This document shows positions 12,352 to 24,300 of a DNA stretch of 64,000 nt, in pieces (within the stretch, counting starts at the first letter, position 1; each line of letters opens with the position of its first letter). The translations under genes were made by a program, and so were the position numbers. The notes under the pieces are model-generated. The model did no database searches. It saw nothing but the letters and a program-made list of their open reading frames with translations, and was not told the origin of the DNA. Source of the stretch: Podarcis filfolensis (taxonomy: Eukaryota); NCBI GenBank assembly GCA_964270895.1, contig OZ185440.1; one strand, written 5' to 3'.

Positions 12352-15300
12352 TATTTATTTATTTCCCTTTTCACCTGACCTTTTCCCTAATCCAATTTGT
12401 GCATCCCCCACCTGCTGCTGCTAGCTTCGTGGGGAAAATATACTTTTTATGTTTCCCTCTGTGAGTTAAACTGCTACTTTGCAATTTTGATTTGGGAAAA
12501 TGGTATGGAGGGAAAGGGTTAACCCTTCCCTAGTACCACAGCCCTGATCCTGTTCAGGCCTCCCCAGCTGCTGTTACATTCTTTTAAAAACTCCAGGATC
12601 TATGGATCACCTATAGTCTGATCTCATGGTCCCCTTGTCTCATTGTATCCAAATAGAAGCTGATACAGCAGTGTAAGCAATGTGCTGAAACAGTCCCCTT
12701 AAATGCCTCCCCTCTCTTGCAGACCCACCAGACTATTGTGGTGCAGCTCCTCCAGTCTACCATGAGGCTCTTGGAGTGTCCTTGGCTGCAGCAGCAACAC
12801 AAGGGCTCAGTGGAAGCTTGCATACGCACGCTGGCTATGGTTGGTAAGGAACTGTCTTGGGCTGAGTGAGTCAGGGGGACTGTCTGGGCTTTGTCCCCTG
12901 TGGTCAACATGAGGAAAAGCTATCAGACCTACATCCTTGAGTCCTCTAGTTTGGCTGGACTACAGACCTTCTCTCCTTGCAGTTATTTAGGCACCTGAGA
13001 TTTTGCATGGCTGAAATTCCTACCAGAGGTGGCCAGCTGTGGTCTCCAACATGGGGTCTACTAGTTCTTCACAGAAGGCTTGGCATGGGTGATCTGCCAG
13101 AACCAGGGCTGTGGGATATCACCCAGGTTCCCTGGGTGTACCTTGAGGCGCCTTCCTTGTTTGTAAGCCTTCTCTCCTTTCAGCCAAGAGCCGCTCCATT
13201 GCGTTACCCATGGACCTTGATGCCCACGTCAGCTCCCTGCTGAACAGTGCCTCCATCAGCAATGCACAGAGGAATGCCGCCAGCTACAAGACAGCCTCAC
13301 GCACTTTCCCTCGGGTCTCGGCAACAACCAACCAGTGGGACTATAAAAACATCATTGAGAAGCTGCAGGTAGGGACTGAGAAGAGGTCTTGTTTGGAAGG
13401 TATCCAGGGTGTGCTTCTCCCCAACGAAGGGCTTCTGTCAGAAATAAAAATCTGAACGCCACTCTGAGGAAACTCCCAATTCTGTGTGCCCAAAAGGTGA
13501 CAGCCTTTCTGAAGCCTGCATAAATGGCAGCTCTGATCTTTCGTATACTTGATATCCTACTCTCTGGCTGGTTTTCAGGTTTCTCTTTGCAGGCTTCAGA
13601 ACTAGAAATTTGCATCTTCCTTTTCTACGAAATTTGCATCTTCCTTTTTCTACGAAAGCCAAGATATTCAGGATGCTGAATTCTGTGCTCAGTAACAAAT
13701 GTCACGCTGCTGCAGCGTAATCTCATCTAGCTGCATCTAGCTTTGCCCTGACGACACTGTGCTTTTCCAGGACATCATCAATTCCTTGGAGGAGCGCTTG
13801 CAGCCCCTGGTAGAAGCTGAACTTTCAGTCCTGGTGGACGTCTTGCACCGCCCAGAACTGCTTTTCATGGAAGGCACGGAAGCCTACCAGCGTTGCGAAA
13901 GTGGCGGTTTCCTTTCCAAGTAAGTGGGTCTTGGAAGACAGATTCTGGAGAGTGATCTGGGACAGGTTGGTGGTGACATTGTGGTTAGGGTAGCACGTGA
14001 GTGGGGCTTTTACACTGCCTCAACCTCCCTGCTGCCCCCCCATCTTGGTACTGCCATCTTGGTGATGCTACTGCTGCTGAGAAGCCAGGTCTGCAATACT
14101 GCCCTGCCGGCTACTCCTGGGAGTGGGCGGCGCTGTGGTCTAAACCACTGAGCCTCTTGGGCTTGCTGATTGGAAGGTAGGTGGTTCGAATCCCCGCAAC
14201 GGAATGAGCTAACGTTGCTCTGTCCCAGCTCCTGCCAACCTAGCAATTCAAAAGCATGCCAGTGCAAGTAGATAAATAAGGTACTGCTGTGGCAGGAAAG
14301 TAAATGGTGTTTCCGTGCGCTCTGGTTTCCATCACGGTGTTCCGTTGCACCAGAAGCAGTTTAGTCATGCTGGCCACATGACCCAGAAAGCTGTCTGTGG
14401 ACAAATGCTGGCTCCCTCAGCCTGAAAGCAAGATGAGCGCCGCAACGCCACAGTCGCTTTTGACTGGACTTAACCGCCCAGAGGTCCTTTACCTATTTTA
14501 CTTTTTACTCCTGGAAGGAGGAGATAAAAAGTGCTGGCTGGCATGAAAGAATTAAAGGCTTTGAGACTTGGTTGGCAAGAATGATGTGGCCTGTGGACTA
14601 GCCTAGTTAGGAACAGGGTCCTTGGTATTTTGTAACATTCCTTGTGGGTGGGTGTGCATACTGGTAGTGGAAATGAGAGGAATTCTTCTTGTGTTGCTAG
14701 ATTGGTCCAGCACACCAAAGACCTGATGGAAAGTGAGGAGAAGCTTTGCATTAAGGTGCTGAGGACACTGCAGCAGATGCTGATGAAGAGGAACAAATAT
14801 GGAGAGAGGGTGAGTGGCTGAGGAGGTTTGGGCTCACATATAAGGTACCTCCACAGCAAACTCACTTTTTCAGTCTGTTTTCCCTGGTAGGCTTTCTGGG
14901 CAAAGAGCCAGGCCTGTTTTACCACGTTCTGAGAGGATTCCCCATCTTCATAACAAGGCACTGCATCTTTTAACTACACAAAAACTGTCCAGTCACTGCT
15001 TTTTCACAGAGTTTAACTCATTCACTGAGAGCCTGAATGAAATGGATCATTAATATTAAAGACTTAGGAGGAGTTCTGCTGGCTCAAACCAAAGGTCTAT
15101 GCAGTCTTGTTCCTTACATTGGTCAGCTTTCTTCCATACTTACCTACTGGAACCTTAGGATCCTCTTTGGAGGCCCTGCTCCAGGTGCCTCCACTAAATG
15201 AAGTAAGGGAGTAATTCTCAGGGAAGGGGCCTTTTTGGTAGTGGCACCACTGTTATGGATCAGCTTTTCAAATGAGATTGCCTGGCATCATCTTTGTTAA

Positions 15301-18300
15301 CTTCTGAGTGCCAGGTGGATACCTTTCTATTTACCTAAGCCTCCTAAACCAGTTATTGGGCCTCTCAGTTTTTTAATCTGTGTTTTTAATCATGGAGGGT
15401 GTTGTTTGTTCTGTTTATTTTAAATATTTGTTTAATTTTGACTTTGCGCTTTTATGTTTTATATTTCTTTCCTTCCCCCCCCCCTTTTTTTACTGTAAAC
15501 CACCCAGATAACTTTGTGTTATGGTTTGAAATACAAAAGATAATGATGATCATGATGAGCAGTTCCTCCCACTTCTTTCTCATTCCAGGGCAACACATTG
15601 AGGAAAATGCTTTTGTCTAATTATCTGCAAACCAAGAGGTCTGGCTCCAAAGGGGAGATTGTTGACCCTTCTGGAACTGGTAAGTGGCCTGCAGTTCTGG
15701 CTTTCATCTTCCTCATTCTTGTGTCATTTTCTCTCCATCCCTTCTCTGAGTCCCTTAAATCCATCTTCTGCCACTCAGATGTGCAGGACACAGATATAGG
15801 ATGGGCATTTCAGATGTTCTTGAAGGTGCACATGTTGGTTGCATACAGCTTACTGTGGACCAGACTCCTGGTCTATCTAGCTCAGGGTTTCCTGGTGAAG
15901 ATTAGCAGTGGCCCTCTCATGGTTTCAGCCCTGCCATAGCTTGGATCTGGGGCTTTCTATGTGCAGGAGATGTGCTCTACCACTGAGCCTTGGGCCTTAC
16001 CTTCCGCTCTTCAAAGCTATCACTGTGAACCAGGGGGCTGTTTATTATCCCTGGCCAAGCAGAGAGAAAACTGATGGATAGAGGAGCCAAGGTAGCAAAT
16101 TGTTGTTGTTGTTGTTTAGTCGTTTGGTCGTGTCCGACTCTTCGTGACCCCATGGACCAGAGCACGCCAGGCACTCCTGTCTTCCACTGCCTCCCGCAGT
16201 TTGTTCAGACTCATGTTTGTAGCTTCGAAGACACTATCCAACCATCAAGGTAGCAAATACTATTTGCAAATACAAATTATTCACCATCACCAGCTACTTA
16301 AGCTGATATGTAGCCCTTCATACAGTTTAATCGCATCAATGGTTTTTGCATCTTTTTGTGCTTGATTGGGCCAAAGTCACATAAACCACCCAAGGGTAGT
16401 AATTAAATGGAGCACCGTATTTTTCCATGTCTGAGGGTGACACATTAACTATTGAATTAGCCTTCCTCCCTGTATTTGTTAAGTTATGATTTTTAAGCTG
16501 TTCGGCTGCCTCCATCTCCCTCTTCCCCTAATGTTCTTTTTGCCTACAGGCCAAGATCAGGATTGGTCAGTCATTGCTGCCATTCAGTGCCGGCTGGACA
16601 GAGAAGGGGCCACCAAGCTGGTGTCTGACCTCATCATGAACACCAAGAATGAGAAGATTTTTCAGGAAAGCATCCGCCTGGCCATACGGCTGCTGGACGG
16701 GGGCAACACAGAGATACAGGTTTGCGTCTGCTGCGACAGCTTCTACTTAAGTTCAGATAACTACCCAAGTGCTCACTTTTTGCCTAGTGTGAATTCAGTT
16801 TAACTTCTAATGCCATACTGTGACTGTGGGGTACATATCTCAACTGTGGCAGGGACAGAGCTACCAAATTTGACTGTCCCATGGTGTAATGTGATCCTGC
16901 GGCAATGACTTTGGGTGCCCCAGCAAGCGAGCACAAAACATGTTTGGTGGAATTAACCCTTTAAAAATATTACATCAGTTGGTTGACTATATAATTGGAA
17001 GAAGGAATGAGTTGTAAGACATCTAGCCAGATTTCTTTAAAATCGTACCCTTGAGATGCCTAACTGTAGTACAGTGGTACCTCTACTTATGAACGCGATC
17101 CATTCCGGGTGCTGTTCACACCCTGATAAGTCCGTAAGTAGAGTGCTGCTACTGCACTTGCACGAAGTGCGCAGATTGCTTCTGCGCGTGCAGCGAACCC
17201 AGAAGTAAGCACTTCCGGGTTTGCCGCGTTCGTAACCTGATAGTTATGTAACCATAGCGGTACATAACTAGAGGTATAACTGTAATAGATTTTCTTAAAC
17301 AACTTTTGCTCCCTCTACTGGGCATCTTTAAAATAGCACCTTGGGACAACATTTGACTTTACCATTAAGGTAAAGGTACCCCGGCCCGTACGGGCCAGTC
17401 GTGTCCGACTCTAGGGTTGCGCGCTCATCTCGCTTAAGAGGCCGGGAGCCAGCGCTGTCCAGAGACACTTCCGGTTCACATGGCCAGCGTGACTAAGCGG
17501 CATCTGGCGAACCAGCACCAGCGCAGCACACGGAAACGCCGTTTACCTTCCCGCTATAAAGCGGTACCTATTTATCTACTTGCACTTAAGGGTGCTTTCG
17601 AACTGCTAGGTGGGCAGGAGCTGGGACCGAACGACGGGAGCTCACCCCGCCGCGGGGATTCGAACCGCCGACCTTATGATCAGCAAGTCCTAGGCACTGA
17701 GGTTTTACCCACAGCGCCAGCACCTTGGGACAACATTTGACTTTACCATTAACATTCCTTTATTTTAGAAACCTGATCTGGGCATAACTAACTTTGAAAG
17801 GCACATATCCAACTTTGTTCTAATTTAAGCTTTTCTAAAAGTTTTTGAAAAGCCGATGGGAGTATAATTTTCCTCCACTATATCATGAATCATAAATCTT
17901 GTAAGATTTTAACTTCCCCACCTCTGGGGGAAAACCTCAGCGCCTAGGACATGCCGATCGTCAGGACGGCGGTTCGAATCCCTGCGGCGGGGTGCGCTCC
18001 CGTTGCTCGGTCCTAGCGCCTGCCAACCTAGCAGTTCGAAAGCACCTCCGGGTGCAAGTAGATAAATAGGGACCGCTTACTAGCGGGAAGGTAAACGGCG
18101 TTTCCGTGTGCTGCACTGGCTCGCCAGATGCAGCTTGTCACACTGGCCACGTGACCTGGAAGTGTCTTCGGTCAGTGCTGGCCCCCAGCCTCTTAAGCGA
18201 GATGGGCGCGCAACCCCAGAGTCGGACACGACTGGCCCGTACGGACAGGGGTACCTTTACCTTTACCTTTACCTCTGGGGAAAATTGTTGATGAAGCATG

Positions 18301-21300
18301 ATGTCATATTATAAATCTGATGGTGCTGACCAAACCATGGACTTCCTCTGCTGGGTATCCTTCCTTCCATTGTGGTCATTATTCTTTTCCTTCTTGATAC
18401 AATCTGGAAAATGTTAATTTAGTATGAGTCTGGCTTGTGGAAATCTGCAGAATAGGAATTTTGTGTTGTGACCATCAGATCCCAATTGTAATATGAAACC
18501 TGAGCTGCCTGTCAGAAGACCTTGTGATAGCTAAATGCAATACAGATGGCCTTGGAAGAAATGGTCGGTCCTAGCAGGATAAGAACTTAACAGGAGCCCC
18601 ACTGGATCAGGCCAAAGGCCCATTACTCCAACACCCTGCTCTTTTGCAACGGCTTCCCAAATGTTTATGTGAAGCCTGCAAGGAGGACTAAGTGTCTAAC
18701 CACTGTCCCTGTTCCTCCCACCCTTTCTGAAGAAATCATTCTATAACTTGATGACGGGTGACAAGAAGTCGGAAAAGTTCTTTAAAGTTCTGCATGACCG
18801 GATGAAGAAAGCTCAGCAGGAAGTCAAGTCTACAGTGACTGTGAACATGAGCGATATTGGCAACAAACCTCGTGAGGACAAAGACTCCCCAGACCATACC
18901 AGCAAAGGTATGTGGAAACCCAGTTTATTCTGGGCTCCCCAGAGCTTGTCTAGGAAAGCAACAAATGCTCTTGGCAAGAATCTCTGAAAATGGCCACATC
19001 ACTCTCAACCCTTGGATTCCCAAATGAAGAATAGTAACTCCCTCTTGAAAAATGTGGGATCTGTGACAGCAGAGAGGAGTATATGGCTTGTGGGTCACAT
19101 ATAACCCTCAACTTCATGTGGATGACAAGGAGAGAGACAGAGAGATAGAAGTGCCCCAACCACTTTTTGCTCTACCCCACTCCCCCACACGCTGACTTTG
19201 GCCCTGCCCATCACCAGCAAGCATTCCCCCATAGATTACCCCTGAAGGAATGCAGCCCTCCATGGGAAAATAAAGGTTCCTTGCACTGAGAAACAGTATG
19301 GGTGCTAATTTTTTATCTCCATCAATCTTTAAGCCAGCTCCCTCAGCATTCTGCAAGTGTAGGGTTAACCTACACTAAACTAAAGCTCCAGGAAACACCA
19401 AGCTTAGGTGAAAGGCTGTCTGTCATCCAGACTGGCAATAACCACATTAGGGAAACACCTAATTACTGGGGGCAGGGATCCTTGGTGTGTGTCACTGTTG
19501 CCAGCCTAAACCACATGGTATCTCAGCTTCCTGGTAGAAGCCATGCTCCAGGACAGCAAATGGGTGAGCCTTCTGTCAGTACATTACAAAGTCTTCAGTG
19601 GCTGAGTCTTCCAGAGTGTCAGAAATGGGACATCACTTGAGCTGCTGGGTGATGCTTTCAGGAAGGGAGAGGCTCAGTGGAACAAAGGGGGATGCCTGCT
19701 AGGGGTCCTTTTTCTGAAGAGTCAGACAGATTGGTTTTAGGCCTTCCAGACAGGTTGCCACAGCTCATATGCTAAGCCAGTGATCAAGTGTTGATTTCCT
19801 TGCAGAACGAGTCACATCTTTCATGCTGCCCAGCGCCCCGTCCCGTTACCCAATGGGTGTAGGGCTCCGGACCGGCCATGATGCAAGGGATAGAAACCAA
19901 AGCAATGAAATGGGTGTGTCCGTCTTGATCATGGAGCCAATTCTTCGCTTCTTGCAGCTGCTGTGTGAGAATCACAACCGGGATCTCCAGGTGGGCATCC
20001 TGCACTGAAATGGGTCCCTTCTGCAGCATATCTCATATCCAAGTGATGTCTGCTGTTGAAAAGTTGCCCGCCACTGAGATGCCTCTTAAACTCTGCTCTT
20101 GATTTCACAGAACTTCCTCCGCTGTCAGAACAATAAAACCAACTACAATCTGGTGTGTGAAACCCTGCAGTTTCTGGATATTATGTGTGGTAGTACCACA
20201 GGACGGCTGGGCTTGTTGGGCCTCTACATCAATGAATACAACGTGGCCCTCATCACCCAGACTCTGGAGACACTGACAGAATATTGCCAGGGACCCTGTC
20301 ATGAGAACCAGGTAACCCCAACTGACTTGTGGATAAAATTGTATTGCTTCATCATCCAGTGAAATCGTGAGTTCAGCTTGATTCACACACTCAGGTTATG
20401 GAGATGCTGGATAGAGCATCAATTTTTATGTCTCAGCATTTGAATAGGAGCAGAGATTTGGAGTTGGCTGTGAGCCAGTTGAGTAACTCCCTTGTATTAA
20501 TCCACAGAGCTGCATTGTGACCCATGAGTCAAACGGCATAGACATCATCACAGCCCTGATCCTCAATGACATCAGCCCCCTCTGCAAGTACCGAATGGAC
20601 TTGGTTCTTCAGCTAAAGGTAGATGGCTTGGCTGGAAATGTGGTGATGGGACAGGGAGGGATGGGAGATATGGGATGGCAAGAGATGCTTCATGTTGGGG
20701 GTTGACTTCCTGCATGCAATTATTTCATGGTCAGACTAGAACGTATTTGAATGTGATCATTCTAGCTCTTTGCACCAAAATAGGGGTTTGCATATGCACC
20801 AAGCTTCTTCCACTTCCTGCCTCTCAAATACTGCCCACCCAATCATAGTGTGTGTTGGTTCCTCCTTGCTCTCCCTCATCCCTTTGGAATTCTGACTTCT
20901 CTTGTAGCTTTGATGGAGGATTGATCCTCTGCAGAGTGAGTACGCTCTGGATACATGGTGTGTTGAAATCATCTATCTTTACTGCAGTAGCTTTTTTTTT
21001 GGTTTGTTATTAGGACAATGCCTCCAAGCTTTTGCTGGCCCTGATGGAGAGCAGGCATGACAGTGAGAATGCCGAGCGGATTCTCATCAGCCTCCGGCCT
21101 CAGGAATTGGTAAGAAGGTTGAGGGGGCTGGGATAGCTCTGTGTGGCCTTTCCTGCTTTTGGGAGATCTGTTGCACTTCAAATCATTATTGAAATAAAGG
21201 GGACCTGGAATTGTGTGGAGCACAATTGGGATATAGGACATCCATCCTTTAAGCAGCTTCTCATCCTCCTCTTTATCAGCTTTGCAGTTCCCTCTTGACA

Positions 21301-24300
21301 GAGCCTTGTAGAAATATAACCTGTTTTACTTCACGTACGTGGAATCCATTTGCTCCTAAGTAACTGGTCTCAGTCTGCACCATGTTAGATGGGTACCATC
21401 TCTGAGCACTCTTCAGACAATATGCCAGCTACCTTGCTCCTTGGCAACTTCAGCAGAGGGACCAAGAGAATAATAGATTATAGCAGGGGTGTGGAACATT
21501 TTTCAGCCTGAGGACTGCATTTCCTTGCTGGCAACATTCTGGAAGCCTCATGCCAATGGTGGGTAGAGTTTGAGGAAAGAGTAGGCAGAGCAATGGATGT
21601 GACTCTGCAAAAGCCCAAGGTTTCTGTACCAACTTATCTCCATCTTCCAACAAAACAAGCCGCATACTCTGTCCCTGTTCCAAGAACACATTCCAGCCAG
21701 GCAAATGCCCTCAAGGAGGGTGTGAAGCAGGGTCTGTGAGGGACATGGCATGGGAACAGGGGAAGTGACCTGAGGAGAGTGGACATGGCCTTGGGAGATC
21801 CCTCACGCCCGGTAAATAGGCCTGGAAGGGTCTTCATCAGCTCACAAGCCTGAGGTTTGCCCAGAGACCATAATACAGTAGGGTCGAAATAGAGACACAC
21901 TAGCTGGTCAGTTGACAAACATTTGCCTTGCTGCCCTTTGGTTTCCATACTACTTGGAAAGACTAGAATGGAATAAGGGGTTGGTGAGGTGGGTTGGAAT
22001 TTGTGGACTCTAGGATGGGGCAGCTATGTGGGAGGGAAAAAGACTCAGGACATTATTTTCAACCCTTCTGGATTCTGAGATTTTTAGTCTGTTTCTCTAC
22101 AAGTGCTAGTAACAGGAAGGCTGTGTGTTTTGTTATTAAAAATTAAAGCTGTGATTCTCAGGATACCAAATTCTTCACAGAATAGCAGATTCTCTGCTCA
22201 TACGGCAAGCCTACCTGTTTACTATGCTATTGCTATAGCCTTGCCTATAGCAGATTCCTGCTTTAGTGACCAGGACTTATGTGTGAAATATTTCACAGGT
22301 TGATGTCATTAAGAAAGCCTATGTTCAAGAAGAAGAGTGTGAGAACTCTGATGTTTCTCCTCGGGAAGTTGGACACAACATCTACATTTTAGCCCTACAG
22401 GTATCCTTTGTATGAATGCTTTACTGCTTGATAAAGATTCTTTTCCCTTTTCCTAGACACTGGTGCCCTTGAGGATGAAGGATGGATTAGAAAGGGTTAC
22501 TCTTCCCACATTCTCCCCCCAGACCAATTAAAATAGTTTCTCAAGCACAACATTGGAAGATTTCAGCCTCAGCTGATATGTGGATGGAGCTGCAGTCTTG
22601 ACCCGCATGCAATACAACACACTTCCAACGGAAAGAAATAGACATCTGGGGTTTTGTTCTCTCTTCAAGCCCAAATCTGCTTTACCCTTCAGTTTTTATT
22701 CCTTCTTTCTCCACACAAGCCAAGATCAAGGAAGTACATTTTTGTGTGTGTGTGTGTGTACCATACTCTCATCCCACAGCTCCATATAAACCTTTAAATG
22801 GGGAGGAGGAAGCAATGGTACAACTGATGGGCAGAGCAATTAAAAAACCCAATCTGCTGTGCTGGAGGGAGTTTAGATGTGATGGAGGTATCCTTCCACC
22901 CAGCCTGGCTTGGCTCTCCTAACCTTTGCTGTGGAGGTTGCTCCATCATTGGTGGGAAAGCCCTGCCAGCAAGGTGCATCCCAATGTTCCTGTCCAAATG
23001 ATGGGCACAAGCCCTACTTTTGGTTGAACTGGTGATGTGCATTCTGAAAGGATGCACTGATGCAAAGGCTTTTTTTTAAATGATTGTAACTGAGTGACAT
23101 TAGGCTTCAAAGCAAACAAGCTTTCACCTATCCACAAATGACTTTGTAGTCAGCTGTTAGGCTCTGGCAATTCAGTGTTTGTTTTCTTTACGTTTTCAGC
23201 TGTCTCGGCACAACAAGCAGCTCCAGCATCTCTTAAAACCTGTGAAACGAATTCAGGAGGAGGAGGAGGAAGGGATCTCTTCTATGGTATGTGTATGCTC
23301 CCTATTGAAACAGGAAGGTGCTTAGGAAGTACTGCTGACATATTGCGTCAGTCCTGGTAAGGGACAGTTCTGCAGCTGTTTCCCATAATTTAATTTTTCA
23401 TCTGTTTACATTTTCCCATGAGGTGAAATGTGGAGATGGGGAAGCTACACAAGCCTTCAATAATCCAAATCCATAAGGATGTTAACTAAGGACACTGCTA
23501 CTTTGTCAGTTTATAAAGGATTTTATTAAAACACTGTTGTAATGCTTTTGAGATGTTTTGTGCTAGTGAAACCAAGGGCTGTGATCGAGAAACATTTATG
23601 CCATGGAATGTTCACAAGCATTTATTTTTTTTAAACTGCAGAGGTAGTGAAGCTGTCTACATCAGCATTTTGGCAAAAAGTCTGTTTGTGAGGGAAATCA
23701 AATAGTTTTCAGGGATTAAAATTGTGTACAGGCCCAAGGGCAATGTGGCTAAGGGAAGGAAGCAGAGTTGGCAGTGGACCAAAAAACAGAAACTTAAAGA
23801 TAGGTAGAAGAGACAGAGGCTTTGGGAAAAGGTGGTCGAGGAAGAGAAGCAGATATGAAACAGAGCTGTGGGTTGCAGGCAAACTTCAAACATCACTGAG
23901 TGGCTGGATGGCTAGAGCATGGCAGTTGGCTCGACTTAAGAAACTTTACTCACTGTTGTGGAGGTACACACACATCAGAACAGGTTTGTGGACATATGCC
24001 TTATATTAGTGGCTATTTTTGTTGTATATATTATGATTTATATGGTGTTTTTACTGTTTGATTTTACTGTTTGTTTTTGCTCTTTGACCCTGTTGGATTT
24101 GTTAGCCGCCCAGAATGACCCAGTGTGCATGGTTACGAGTCAGGTTAGCCAGAGGGCACAGGAAGGAATAGGCAATGGCTTAACAATAAAAGCTAAAAAG
24201 AAAAAAGAAAAAAGGTGAAGGTCCCCTGGATGGTTAAGTCCAGTCAAAGGAGACTATAGGGTGCGGAGCTCATCTCGCTTCAGGCCGAGGGAGCTGGCAC

